A stretch of DNA of 63,706 bases, filler included, from Octopus bimaculoides (lineage: Eukaryota), in NCBI RefSeq assembly GCF_001194135.2. It is 6 parts of 5 records of this genome, joined end to end, with 100 filler letters (N's around TTAATTAATTAA, not from the genome) between each part and the next. Parts side by side here need not be neighbours in the genome. Positions count along the whole stretch, not along the records: positions 1 to 14,008 come from NC_068997.1; 5 more parts are not named here. One strand, written 5' to 3'. Below the pieces are notes generated by a model that did not search any database, had not been told where the DNA came from, and saw only the letters and a program-made list of their open reading frames with translations. Numbering within the stretch: the first letter of the stretch is position 1; every line of letters begins with the position of its first letter. This document shows positions 1 through 13,470 of the stretch, piece after piece. The position numbers were made by a program, and so were the translations under genes.

Positions 1-338
1 GCAAATCAACCCCAGGACTTAATCTTTGGAGGCCTAGTACTTATTCTATCGGTCTCTTAGGCCGAACCGCTAAGTTACGGGGACGTAAACACACCACCAT
101 CGGTTGTCAAGCGATGTTGGGGGGACAAACACAAACACACAAACACACACACACATATATATATATATATACATATATACGACGGGCTTCTTTCAGTTTC
201 CTTCTACCAAATCCACTCACAAGGCTTTGGTCGGCCCGAGGCTATAGTAGAAGACACTTGCCCAAGGTGCCACGCAGTGGGAATGAACCCGGAACCATGT
301 GGTTGATATGCAAGCTACTTACCACACAGCCACTCCTG
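1..338 (-). mobile_element. tRNA-headed SINE, family A (internal TA/TG microsatellite)
   Basis: Reverse complement carries A-box-like TGGCTGTGTGGT and B-box-like GGTTCATTCCC, then CACCTTGGGCAAGTGTCTTC and the body shared with other copies in the window; cut by the window edge. Confidence 0.85.
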
Positions 339-706
339 CATCTATTAACTTTACCAAAAAGGGGGCTCTCTGAAATGTAGGGTATTCCACTCCACACAGC
401 AACTTCACAGTACTTTTTTCTGTCGCTTTTTCCAAATAAGTCTTGTCAACGCAGACCCATCATCAGTATCCTTGGATTCTGTTTTATCTGATATTTTGAG
501 ATTCACTTAATTCAGGGGTAGTAAAAAAAAGGGTATTATTCAAGTGAGAAAAGATATCACATGTTATATTTTACTTGACGTCGTATAAATAGGCTCAAAA
601 TTACCGAACTGATGCTGAGTAAGAAAACAAATTATTTTCTGTATTTTTGATAAATGGTTATCCCGAATTGATAATTGATAAAAATCTACATATCATTACC
701 ATAATG

Positions 707-752
<46 letters not shown>

Positions 753-1149
753 TTTTAACTCATTAAACAAAGTGGATTTACTTATTGAAAAAACTATCAA
801 TTACAAAGATCAATATCGTATTACATATACTACATACTTCGCTTGATTTATCACACAGATATCAATTCCTTTCTAATTATCAACAGAAAATCAGAAACTA
901 GTTTTATTACTGTCATATAAGTCGTACTCTATTCACGGGTTCTTCATCAACGTAGACTAAAGTATTTATAGTTATCATGTTTCCTGATGGCTCTAATTAC
1001 CTAACTGAATATTTTTATGGCTTAAACAGAGGAGGTTGGGTAACATTTATAACATTCTGGAAGGTTCGTCCATGGGTACTATTCGCCGAGTATCCGAGGC
1101 GTTCGGTACGTTTACAGTAAAAAAAAAAAATTAATTAAAAAATTAAAAT

Positions 1150-1633
1150 GAAGATTCTTAGAGCGAGTCCTGCCGGCTTGCGTACGAAAAGTATGGGATG
1201 ATGGAAAGATAATGGATGACCACGGGGAAGAGATGAGAATATATGGGAAGCTGAGCTGGGAATCCGTATACCAGAATAGCCAGATATTCTCAGATCGGAG
1301 ACATGACCTGAATGTTAATAGCAGAGTGTATTTCACTAATAATATCTTAAAACCAAAATGCTGGTATTCAATTAGCGATAGATTAAGTGTAGCACCAGTG
1401 GTAAAGTCAGCTCAAGAATCTAACTGTGAATCAGTTTAAAACCAAGAATAGTAATAAATATTTTTGTAGGAGTGGCTGTGTGGTAAGTAGCTTGCTTACG
1501 AACCACATGGTTCCAGGTTCAGTCCCACTGCGTGGCACCTTGGGCAAGTGTCTTCTACTATAGCCTCGGGCCGACCAAAGCCTTGTGAGTGGATTTGGTA
1601 GACGGAAACTGAAAGAAACCCGTCGTATATATG

Positions 1634-1694
<61 letters not shown>

Positions 1695-2280
1695 GTATGT
1701 ATATGTGTGTTTGTGTTTGTGTGTCTGTGTTTGTCCCCCCAACATCGCTTGACAACCGATGCTGGTGTGTTTACGTCCCCGTAACTTAGCGTATGTATGT
1801 ATGTATGTACTTACGTAATTACTTGGAAACACGTGGAGACTTCTGAACGCTAAGACTTATAGAAATCGTTGCTCCGTGTTTCATGTTCTCGACATGCAAA
1901 CGATTATGGAAAATGGAACATAAAGAAGTTATTTAAAAGATACAGAATGAAGATGTCTGAATATCGAGTCTAGTTTTTGATGGGACAAGATTGAAATAAA
2001 ACGATCTTATTGGTTGACAGTGTAACTCTTGTATGGAAAATAACAAAAGCGATGAAAGGAGAAAAATTTTTCGGTTAGAGAAAGGAAAAAAAAAACAAGA
2101 AGAAAAGAAGGCGAGAAAGAAGAGAACAAAGCGGTGATATAAATATGTATAGACGATAATAAAAATCAAAATGCTGAAGGACATGTATAAGAGAGTTTAC
2201 AGAAGTCAAAGCGAGTGCAAAAGAAGAGAAAAAATATTTAGCGAAAGTAAAGAAAGGTAAAAGAAAACGTTAAGATACTG
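1150..2280 (+). mobile_element. Highly degraded LINE-like (possibly RTE) relic interrupted by a SINE
   Basis: Broken frames either side of the 1466 SINE loosely resemble the post-RT region of RTE LINEs; many stops and a weak match. Confidence 0.25.
1466..1791 (+). mobile_element. SINE family A, 3' truncated
   Basis: GTAGGAGTGGCTGTGTGGTAAG...GGTTCAGTCCCACTGCGTGGCACCTTGGGCAAGTG; near-identical to the copies at 1-338 and 41487-41848. Confidence 0.9.
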
Positions 2281-2488
2281 ATGGGCAAAAGAAATAACTA
2301 CACATTCATTCATACATACATAAATACATACATACATACATATATTATACATACATACATGCATACACACACATATATATATGTATGTATGTATGCGTGT
2401 ATGTACATATACTGCATATATATATACATATATATGTATATATGTGTATATAAATATATGTATGCTTGCATGTGTGTATGTATGTATA

Positions 2489-2523
<35 letters not shown>

Positions 2524-2890
2524 NNNNNNNNNNNNNNNNNNNNNNNNNNNNNNNNNNNNNNNNNNNNNNNNNNNNNNNNNNNNNNNNNNNNNNNNNNNNN
2601 NNNNNNNNNNNNNNNNNNNNNNNNNNNNNNNNNNNNNNNNNNNNNNNNNNNNNNNNNNNNNNNNNNNNNNNNNNNNNNNNNNNNNNNNNNNNNNNNNNNN
2701 NNNNNNNNNNNNNNNNNNNNNNNNNNNNNNNNNNNNNNNNNNNNNNNNNNNNNNNNNNNNNNNNNNNNNNNNNNNNNNNNNNNNNNNNNNNNNNNNNNNN
2801 NNNNNNNNNNNNNNNNNNNNNNNNNNNNNNNNNNNNNNNNNNNNNNNNNNNNNNNNNNNNNNNNNNNNNNNNNNNNNNNNNNNNNNNNNN

Positions 2891-2940
<50 letters not shown>

Positions 2941-3720
2941 TGAAAGGCAGGAAACGCGAGTGATCACAAAGGTTTCATATAAAACAACCAGTTATCAAAT
3001 TATGTATCAATATCGATGGAGAACAGGAGATCATCGAAAGGTGTAACACATACACTAATGCTACAAAACTGTATGGATCATATATAGAAGTGAAAGACTT
3101 CATACTCATGAGCCTCAAAACATCTGCTGATTCCTTAAATGTCAGATCGGAGATCTTCAAAAAATGCCATCACTCCGCGAAATATTTGGGGAAAAACTGT
3201 GAAAATATACTAGCACTTCACGAAATCGATTAAAGTACATACTAGCACTTCATGAAATCCATTGAGAATTATGAAAACACAAATCTTTCTTTTTAACATT
3301 TTCACCGCATACATCAGTCTTAGATTCTACGCCCCTCTTTATCAGGAACGCCGCATTTTCTTCACTCCAATAATTAGATGTGACATCTAATTTCAACCTT
3401 TATTTCCAGATTAATATTTTACACTCTTAATTTCAATTTCCTCCTCTGTTATCGAGCCAAAATATTTATTATCTTTAAAATTCAACTTGCTTTATTCACT
3501 CAAATTAACACTATTTTCTTAATAGCTACCTTTTAAAATTACATATAGGTAATTTTTCTAAGCAAAATTTTCGAAGTGATAAACATGTAAAGGCAATTTA
3601 CTTAATATTTATTTTTCACTGACGTTATTACTGTTATTTCTTTATTTTTGGCAAACAAAGTGCACAAAAAAGTTACACGTTTGCATTATGTTATATATAC
3701 AATACTAATAAAGGACGTTA

Positions 3721-3883
3721 CCGTATATACGTTTACAAACCAAGGACTTTATATAGACCTCCTAGACTCAAGTTAGAGAAGGGGTGCATATTATACACAA
3801 GGTTTAGGTTTTTCATAGGTACAGCGCCCTAATAATCCCCTGCGTATTATACTCAAGGGCGGACTATACTCGAGGATTTACGG
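3721..3883. mobile_element. Tc1/pogo-type MITE
   Basis: TA-CCGTA...TACGG-TA ends (TA target duplication plus short terminal inverted repeat), 163 bp, no ORF. Confidence 0.6.
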
Positions 3884-4418
3884 TATTTACATTTCAAAAC
3901 GTAGTCCAGTTCAAGGGAAATAACTTACATTCAAACTTTGACAAATAACAAACGATGAGTACATCCTCTTGTGAACTGATTTGGGACATACGTAACCAGA
4001 AATAACTTTTACCATTTCAAGACGTTTTCATAAACTGCATTGTGGGATATTTCTCTCCGTATGTTTAGATTTCTCTTCTGTTCATGATTACATAATATTC
4101 AGGTTGCTTTTAAGAAATATTACAAGCAGGGCACTATATTTTGATAAATACATAAACTTTACGTGCGCGCGACGTGTGTGGGTGCGTAATAAATTATAAA
4201 CATTAATAAATATAGATATATAAGTATATATTTGTGCAAATCTTCAATTTTTGCTTCTATGTTATACACACAACATACACATATAAAATATCTTATTGAA
4301 AGAACAATTCAAATACATGTCAGAAACACACGCAATATGTATATAGAAGTATGTATATATGTATGTGTGTGTGTGTGCGTTGTGTGTGTACATATATACA
4401 CACACCACACACACACAT

Positions 4419-4467
<49 letters not shown>

Positions 4468-5656
4468 TGTGCATGTGTGTGTGTGTGTAAGTGGTGTTTC
4501 CTGTGACATTTTAAAAAAAATTCTCGGTGCAGACACAGTTCCAAGGTTTGGTAAATATGTCTGTGCAAGTTTATATTTGCCTAGACATACATACATACTT
4601 AATACATACATACATACATACATACATACACACATACATACATATATGTACATATATACATAATAAATGCCAAAACGAATTTCTGTGTGTCAGTGTGTCA
4701 CATTTTGACCCCCTCTTTCACTGTTCAGTGACACTTCTACTATTACTCCTGCTGAGATGAGAGTAATAGCAGACATAGAGACGGAGAAGGTGGTAGTAGA
4801 TTGACGGTGGTGATGGTAACGGGGTGATAGTAATAGTATGAGCTGCAGTTGTGATACAGGTGGAGGCGACGGTGATGATGGTGGTGGAGGCGACGTTGAT
4901 GGTGGTGGTGGTGGTGGTGGTGGTGGTAGCCGAAGTGGTTAGGGATGACGATGACAGTAAGCTATGTGAAAGACAGTGGTGATGGTGGTGAAGGGGAAGG
5001 CAGCAATGTCAAAGGTGTTGATNNNNNNNNNNNNNNNNNNNNNNNNNNNNNNNNNNNNNNNNNNNNNNNNNNNNNNNNNNNNNNNNNNNNNNNNNNNNNN
5101 NNNNNNNNNNNNNNNNNNNNNNNNNNNNNNNNNNNNNNNNNNNNNNNNNNNNNNNNNNNNNNNNNNNNNNNNNNNNNNNNNNNNNNNNNNNNNNNNNNNN
5201 NNNNNNNNNNNNNNNNNNNNNNNNNNNNNNNNNNNNAGAGAGAGAGAGAGAGAGAGAGAGAAAGAAAGAAAGAAAGAGGTTAGACAGAAAAAAAATTGTA
5301 CTGACTCCCGAATGGGAAGACAAAAAATGTTGTTTATCATGCAGCTTTGCAATAAGTTCCAAGTCGACAAATTATATCATCGCTTTGATGAAAATTCATT
5401 GCTTGAAAAATATTGTTCAAGTTTAATAGAATTTAATATGTACTCAATGCATGAAGTATCATTGTTGGGACCAATGAAGAGCCCTCCACAGGAGCTAGCT
5501 TAAAAGCCGCCATATCAGGCGGCTTTTAAACTAGTACATGCATACAAAAATACCCTGTTCACGTTGAAATTCCAATGAAGGAGTTTTGGATCAAAGTTAG
5601 AAACCGGCTCTTTCTTTATTGGCAAGAAATTTTGAAATAAACCTGAATAATGGCAT

Positions 5657-5707
<51 letters not shown>

Positions 5708-6606
5708 CTCACACTCACACACACACACATATATGAATGCTTATTTGCGTATGTATAAGTGCGTATGGTCAATTTTTTTGTAAATATATATGTGCTCTCT
5801 TTTTATGTATGTAAGCGCGTATGTGCATACGCTTCGTGATGTGTCTATGTGTTTTCTACAATACCAATTGAAGACTGCCTCGAAGGTTTTGCTATTTGAT
5901 TGGACGAGGAGGCTGCGAATCAGTTTGCGTAGTTATTTTTTCCTGGCAAAGTACGGCATAGCCAGACCTTTATGTAAATCTGTGCTATATACAGTGAGTA
6001 TACATATGACGTGGTCCACATGTACAAATCAGAATGCATAATAGGATGCAAGTGATGAACGTTATGTAGCTGTTCTCTATGGATGTTCCCTTTTTCTACA
6101 AGTGCAGACGAGAGAGTCGCATTTACTGGACAGTTAAACCTTTAAAAAGTACGTCGTTTCTGTTCGCTGTATCGTAGAGCAATATCAAGCCTGTTGTATT
6201 TGCAACTAATTCCTGTTTTTTATTGGAATGCTCTGCCATTATATTATGCTTTGCTGCTTAACAGTGACGATAATTTTCTGGTTCTGTCAAACAACCATTC
6301 TATTGATAACAACGATAAGATTTTCATCATCATTTAGAGTGGTGACGTATCATAAAGGATAACATTTAGTTTTATGTGTGTACCTGATCAGTCCAAAATA
6401 GAACCGGGGTCAACATTACCGTATATCCTTCTCGAATCGATAAACTAAGTAGCAAGAAAGTAATGGCACTCTCCATGTTTCTTTTTTATGAATTTGCGGT
6501 TTTGAATTTTTTCAGAAATAAATATTTTTTCTGCAGTTAGTTGATACACAATTGAAACTTACAGATACAACAACAGTATTATATTATTTTATATTAATAA
6601 CAATAT

Positions 6607-6648
<42 letters not shown>

Positions 6649-6649
6649 C

Positions 6650-7500
6650 AAATAAAAGGGTAAAGGATTATTAATTTATTAATAAATTAATAATTAATAA
6701 TTTTTACCAAGCCCTTCGGTATGTAAACACCATTATCGGTGAAGAACTTATTTAAAAGTTCTTATACATTTATAAACATAATTAAGGGATCAGCAACAGT
6801 TGCTTCACCACATACCGAAGTTCAGAAATAGCAGCTAAATCTATGTTTATAAATGTATATATATATATAAATATATATATATATAATTTTTTGTGAATTG
6901 GTTCTACTTTATAAGATTTACTTTCTAAAATCTTCGGCACGAGTTGCAGCCGTTCTGCTTATATTTTGCATTTGTCTCATAATGCTTAATCAAACAGTTT
7001 GAAGTTTTCTAAATTAGCCAACTGCGTTTCTACTTTCTGCAACAGTGTCTCTACTTAGTTGTTCCGTTTGCCTTTTATATTTGAAAGTTCATTCTGCTTT
7101 TTTAATGCTTAACTAATTTTTTTAATGTTTAACTAATATTTTAATATTTTCATAAATTTTGACGATTTGCCGTGCATAGCAACATTCACAAGACATTTCT
7201 TCATCATTATCGTAGCCTGAATAGTTCTTTTTAGATAAGCTACTGCCATATTATAGTACAATGACAAGCCTGATCTGATTGTTTTCCGCTAAGACTAACA
7301 AAAATATTTCTCTCTAAATTACCAAACAAGGTCTTCACTTACTCGCTGGAGTTGTTCTGTTTAGTTTTAATGTTTCAATGTTCACAAATTCAGGTAATTC
7401 GTTCGGCATTGCAACAGTCACGGGATATTTTGATGCTACTCTAGCGTGCGGTCTCCCGCAGTATCTGTAGTTTATGCTGTGAAATGACCTGATCTGGATT
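6650..7500 (-). mobile_element. Penelope-like element relic (GIY-YIG region and 3' end)
   Basis: Minus-strand broken frames KKCLVNVAMHGK and a Cys-pair segment near QNGCNSCR resemble the PLE endonuclease; many stops and frameshifts. Confidence 0.4.
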
Positions 7501-8740
7501 AGGTTTAACGTTAGTGTTAGGAACACTAGGAAATTACAGATTGAAAATTCAAAAGGCTGAGGTGTGTTAGTAACTTTTCATGTTTACACAAGAAATGTTC
7601 TTCTTCATGAACTTTTGCAGTGAATCGTATCTGTATAAACTCAGTGTCGTCTGATACTTGATTCATAATGATGACCATACTGTTGCAGTCCAGAGGCTAT
7701 GCTAATTCATGTTTAAATATTAAAGACAGTAATGAATTATTGTTAAAGAAGGCGAGAAGAAAAGGAAAGAAATTGATGTAGACACATAATAAATGTTCCA
7801 TTAACAACTGATGAGATAAATTTCTGCCAATTCTTAATGTATCTGTGAGTTTCTAATCTATTTTCGCCATGAGTTGTGAAAGAAAAAGTCATCAAAATGA
7901 ATGATAGTGTAACTTAAGTGATTTAAAATATTTTTCTCAGAAACTAATCAAACGAAAAATGGTTATAAGGAATATTTTTTGAATGAGGTTGTTCGAGCGT
8001 CGAATATATATTGTTCATTCATTTATTTTATTTAAACTCTGATTTCTTTGTTGTAAATAAAATCATAGACCATTTATTGAGGAATTACTATATTTTATTT
8101 TAAAATCCTATACTCTCAAATTTTGTACTATCCATCAACATTTCTGAATTTCTGATTTCAGTATATTGGATATATTTCTGTTGTGAATTATCATTTAGAG
8201 AATATTGGGACGTTTGTCAATATATTAGGTGGAGTTCAGAACAAATATTTTCAACTATGCCTGACCTATTCGTTGAGCTGAATTTAATATCGCTATACTT
8301 AAACTGTTGCATAAGTAACCATTTTTTTTTTATTAATGGGTTAGTATTTTTGCTATTTCTACTTTGATACGCAATATCATTTATAGTGAAATCCATTTTC
8401 TAAGTAGACACAAGAATCGAATTTGTTTATAGGGAGTTCGAAATGCTGTGATATTTTTGTATTCTTGAATTGATCAAATGAAATAACTTGAATCAGCATT
8501 CAAACCTAATTTGCGTGTATGGTTTACGAAAACCCAATTGTACTATGCAATGGTCATTATTGACACCTACCTTCAAGGTCTTCTGGAGAGTGGGGATCAT
8601 TGTCTGTTCCCTTTAAATGAGGCATGAGCAGGAAGCTGAACCTTTCGGAAGTTAAATGAAAATCTGTCTTCAACAATCAGATTATTTTGGAGGACTAAAT
8701 TCATCTTCAGAAATAAAATATTAATATTTGCATCCATGAA

Positions 8741-8952
8741 GGCGGCAAGCTTACAGAATCGTAAGCACGCCGAGCAAAATGCTTAACATCATTTCGTCCG
8801 TCTTTACGTTCTGAGTTCAAATTCCATCGAGGTCGACTTTGCCTTACATCCTCTTGGGATCGATAAAATAAGTACCAGTTGTGTACTGAGGTCAATGTAA
8901 TAGTCTAGCCCGCCTACCCCAAAAGTACTGGCCTTGTGTTAAAATTCGAAAC
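8741..8952 (+). mobile_element. tRNA-headed SINE, family B, with perfect 18-bp target-site duplication
   Basis: GGCGGC..head, GTTCTGAGTTCAAATTCC B-box, GAGGTCGACTTTGCC..GATAAAATAAGTACCAG core; TAATATTTGCATCCATGA at 8722-8739 and 8953-8970. Confidence 0.85.
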
Positions 8953-8970
8953 TAATATTTGCATCCATGA

Positions 8971-9170
8971 TGGCGATGAATTGGCAAAATTGTGAGAGTA
9001 TCTGCTAAAATACTATGCTGGTATTTAGATACAGTCTTTTACGATGCGAGGTCAACATCACGTTTTGTTAATCAGTTCCTTCTAGAATCGATAAAAGAAA
9101 GTACTAGTTAAGTACTGGAGTAGATATTAGTGACTATACCTCCACTCCAGATCTGAGGTCAATCTAAAAA
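8971..9170 (+). mobile_element. Older, diverged family B SINE
   Basis: Degenerate head TGGCGATGAATTGGC and core GAATCGATAAAAGAAAGTACTAGTT. Confidence 0.55.
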
Positions 9171-9736
9171 TTTAGTATTTACATCTACGCTACATTCCGA
9201 TCGCTTTCAACTCCGAACGTCATTGGGTGTGTTATTCTTAGATATGTAGATAAAACCGGACTGGATTCGATTAAGGAACATTTATTTCTAAATGAGTGGG
9301 AGTAAAGAATTTTATTTACTATGCTTGGGACTCGCCCCAGAAACTAATAAAACAACTGGAAAGTCGTTAGACTACATTAAAAAATGTCGAAATCCATAGC
9401 AGTGGTACTTTCCTGCAAGATGATACTGTGTCAGTATTTCAATCCCATTTGAAGTTAGTTTGAGGCATTCATTCGGATAACTCTCTTTGAAAAGGCGTAA
9501 ATGATGGAACATATAAAATATAAACTTCCTAGTTTAGGCCAAAGGACAACAATATTCATTGGTGGATAATGGAAATATAATTTTGACTGAGTTATTGGAA
9601 TTGTCCCTGTCTTAACAAGAGTGAAGAATTCTGATGTAGGTGTGCACAGCAATATGACCTCATAATATATATTCTCCTCTGAACATTAATAAACTTGCGT
9701 TACCTGAAGCTAAACATATATATATATATGTATGTA

Positions 9737-9771
<35 letters not shown>

Positions 9772-10079
9772 ATATATATATATAAATCTATATAATCAAG
9801 TATAACACACGCATACACACTCACACACACACACACGCACACACACTCACACACGCGCACATACACAAACGTGTGCAAGCATGCGTGTCTAGTTGTTATG
9901 GTTTTATCTCGCCTTTTTCTCGAATGCACTCACTCAGTTGAACACAACATTATATCCCCTTGTATTAATTAAGCAAAGTTGTGTTACCATGGAAATATAT
10001 CGATAAAAATCTCATATTTTATCCAGGAATGTGAATGCTCCAGGCGATAATAATTTAAAGCAACGCATAAACATACATT

Positions 10080-11010
10080 GCTGAAGAAGTGGAAATCTTG
10101 CATTAGTTGGGGATCTCTATAATTGATATTAATAAACTCCTCTGAAGCGAACGCAGTAGAGTAAGAGGTGGGTTAAGTCTGTGACCCTGCTCCAATTCTC
10201 AGCTGGTGCAAGTTCACTTCAATTAAACCTCACATAGTATTAGAAAAAGAGGAGTGAATCGGATAGACATAATAAGCGACACTCCATAGCAGTATACAAG
10301 TGAACCATGCTATTACGAAGTCTCACTAGCCTTTAAACAGATAATAAACCCCCATAATGATTTAAGCAGCGACTGCCAATATTTTCTAGGTGTATCATTT
10401 CTATATTACAGATCCCAAACGTTCTATGGTTGGCTACATTCCTGTCTCTTAGTGATTCAGCATAACTGTGTTATCAAAAGAGGTTGACTGAAAACTTCAA
10501 GACAAGTTGGATCTTCGAAAATAATCAGAGACTTAGAGAATGTTGAATGCATTGGTATAAATGTGGTACAAGTGTATCCAAAGAGACAATCTTTGGCAGC
10601 GTGGCTATTCTAACTAAAAAGGTAAAGCCATTCAGATGAAAGACAGATTTCTAGGTTATTCCATGAGACCTGATCGATTAATGCTCAATTCTGTGTAAAA
10701 TCTTCTTAGGCCATTCCTTGAATCATTTATCAACATATATTCACAGTCTTCTATTAATATTCTAAGGAACTCTGATCCTCAGATATTGTAGTCTTCGCAA
10801 TACTTTCGCCTCTTCTCTACTTTGATCGATATTTTATTTCTCACTTTAAACACAGCATCAAAAGTTACATACAGACTTTCGTTCCAAGGAATAACTTACG
10901 ATGGAACTCCTGTCCTCTTCCAACATATTCCTCATTGGTACACTCTCCCTCCAATTTATTCCTTCATCAAAATATTTCCTCAGAATTTCCTATTGTAACA
11001 TTAGTGCCAC
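10080..11010 (+). mobile_element. Degraded CR1/Daphne-like LINE 3' region
   Basis: Frames LLYFDRYFIS and YIQTFVPRNNLRWNSCP resemble the CR1-clade C-terminal motifs SLFYRYY and SFIPRTSKLWNSLP. Confidence 0.4.
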
Positions 11011-12639
11011 CATTGTTACTTATTATTTCATATATTCCTTCTTATAACTATAAACAATGTCTATTCTTAATGGTACTAGTGATAAAATAAAAGTATATTC
11101 CATGTATATTTGTACCAAATATAGCATCAATGATATTATACTGAACATAATCAAAGATAATCACCGAAATTCGAGGCAGCGAACAGTGGTTAGCACCGGC
11201 AAAAATCAATTAAGTATACCGTTAAATGTATTTTTATTCTTACCTTACACAAATATATCTCATTTTCTTTTAGTTTGAACACATCTTTGTGCTGCTTGAC
11301 ATTTAGCAGAATATTCAACACAGATTTGAACAACATATTGCACTTATAACATTGTGTTGCATATAGATTTATTTTATATTTTGCATGTATGGCGTTGGTT
11401 AACGTAAATTCGTGCTAAATGCTGAATCATTAACAATAAATTTAGTAATCCATTTACACACCACTAAAACTGTGCCTCTCTCTCCTGAGAATGAAAGAAC
11501 AAAGGACATTATTACTGGTTTCATTGGACAGTGAAGGAAGATTTTTTTCTGACAATATCATAACAATTGTGTAACATAAATGAACGAAAGACCGTGTTTG
11601 ATTCAATTCTAATGCTTTATCACATGTAAAATCGTATTACATAAAACACATATCTTGGTCTGTCCTCAATTCATTTCTTGTCTTTATATCTATTTATTTA
11701 ATTTCTGTATAATTTTTCTTCGATCGAATATTGGAATATTGACTGGACTTCTTTTTTCCTCGTTTGAATACACACTCGATTCTACAAATATTGCTTTAAA
11801 AAAATAACAGACAATATTATTATTATTGACTCAGGCTTCACGAAATAAAAGAGAAAATTTCATCGGAAGATGAAGGCCTGATGAAATCGTTCCTAAAAGC
11901 TTTCACCAGGGAGAAGAAAAATCAGATCCATAGAAATACAGGTCACAGCAAAACGAAGGCCACAAGAAACAACGGAGGATAGAAAACTCATCATAAAAAT
12001 TTCTAACAGCACCATCATCACAGCAACAAAGCCAACTCTTATTATTCACAATCGCAAGTTCACAAGAAGTCACGGAAACAAAAGCAGACACTCGAACAAC
12101 ATGACCAACAGCTACACACTCACACACAACCTTCCTTTATCATCTGCACTGTTGTTCAGAAAAAAAAAGACAGCATCAAATTCATTGAAGAAGTAACCAA
12201 AAAACAAAATATTCTGATTAACGGGGAGGGTTTTGCCGGACTCCTCCGAATATGCTCTCGGGCAGACTGCTTACACAGACTGATTCAGAGACATATTATC
12301 TCTTAAAAGAAAAATACCTTCAAGACATCGGAGGGTTTAGTAAATGCCTCAATATATGTACTCTAAAGAACCCCTTCCCCCACTTCACCCACAGCCACAA
12401 AGTAGACCAGATCAAGAAGTCTACGTTGTCAGAGCGAAGGTCTATGCCCTAAAACACTTAGGAACGAAAGCTGAACGATAGGCCGGAGCGGTTGAGACGT
12501 GAAATAGTAACAGAGCTGCAATCAAATCTTTGAGGGATCAGAACTAACGTGAGCTATTTGGTTCCGAAAGATGTGTGCGACTTCCCAGCAGCAAATTCGC
12601 CCCACTGTTCGAAGCAGGCGGTGGGTTGGAAACAGTACC

Positions 12640-13052
12640 GGATATAAGTTGAAAATATTTGAGGAGCATTCTTTTTTAATTGGAAGAGCCACGTCAGCGT
12701 ATATGTGCGACGTCTCATTATGGTGTTGGATGCCATCGAAGAGGTGGTTAACTCCATGCTGGAGAAGTATGAGCCGATGGCTGAAGGTATAAATCCAGAC
12801 AAGTCAGTGGACCTGCTTCTCGACATTTGGAGAATCAAGTCCATGTCGTCGGGCGGCCTCGTAGGCTCAGACCGCCAAGGTGACCGGAACTGGGACGAGG
12901 AGATGAGCAGAGTGGCTAGTCTCGATTAGAAATTAACCGAGAGAATGTTTATATCGTCTCGTCATAGTTTACTATCCGACCGTCGGGTCTTACCCCAGCT
13001 ACCGTCTAGCGAGATTGAAACGCGTCTTCGACTTTTTGTTGAAGGGACACGT
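12640..13052 (+). mobile_element. L1/Tx1-like LINE reverse-transcriptase fragment (frameshifted)
   Basis: ATSAYMCDV (degenerate YADD), then after a frameshift VVNSMLEKYEPMAEGINPDKSVDLLLDIWRIKSM..GSDRQGDRNWDEEMSRVASL, then RLKRVFDFLLKGHVP. The order and wording match Tx1-type RT C-termini (YE..GAKINxxKS, WR.KSM, NW.EV.SRV). Confidence 0.7.
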
Positions 13053-13200
13053 TCCTTCAAATTCCGTCGAGGTCGACTTTGCTTTCACCCTGTCAGGTTC
13101 GATAAAATAAGTGCCAGTCGAACCCTGGTGATCGATGTAACCTACTTACCCGTCCCCAACCCGCCAAAATTTCGGGCCTTGTACATACAGGAGGAAACTA
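13053..13200 (+). mobile_element. Family B SINE, 5' truncated
   Basis: TTCAAATTCCGTCGAGGTCGACTTTGC..GATAAAATAAGTGCCAG. Confidence 0.75.
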
Positions 13201-13212
13201 TCATTATAATTA

Positions 13213-13420
13213 AGGCAGCGAGCTGGGAGAAGCGTTGGTGCGTCGGATAAAGTGCGTAAGGGCATTTCTTCCGATGCTTTACGTTCTGAGTTGAAATTCC
13301 GCCGAGGTCAACTTTGCCTTTCATCTTTTCTGGGTCGATAAAATAACTGCCAGTGAAAGATTGTGCTCTATATTATCGACCACACTCTCCCTAAATTCCA
13401 GGTCTTGCACCTATATTAGA
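13213..13420 (+). mobile_element. Family B SINE, diverged, with (TAT)n tail
   Basis: AGGCAGCGAGCTGG head, GTTCTGAGTTGAAATTCCGCCGAGG, core GGGTCGATAAAATAA. Confidence 0.75.
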
Positions 13421-13423
13421 AAA

Positions 13424-13457
<34 letters not shown>

Positions 13458-13470
13458 GTTATTATTATTG

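Noticed and set aside
5790-6041. Possible + exon ending ACA|gtgagt
   Set aside because: Poor acceptor and no recognisable protein.
7335-7526. Minus ORF with a GTAAGT donor
   Set aside because: Contiguous with Penelope-like relic sequence; no homology recognised.
8571-8641. Possible 71-bp minus-strand exon FSFLLMPHLKGTDNDPHSPEDLE (AG|gtaggt donor)
   Set aside because: One open frame and a good donor, but a weak acceptor and no family recognised. Only RNA-seq could rescue it.
12705-12929. Protein-like ORF as the terminal exon of a host gene
   Set aside because: It matches Tx1/L1 RT C-terminal motifs with a frameshifted YADD-like motif upstream; weak acceptor.
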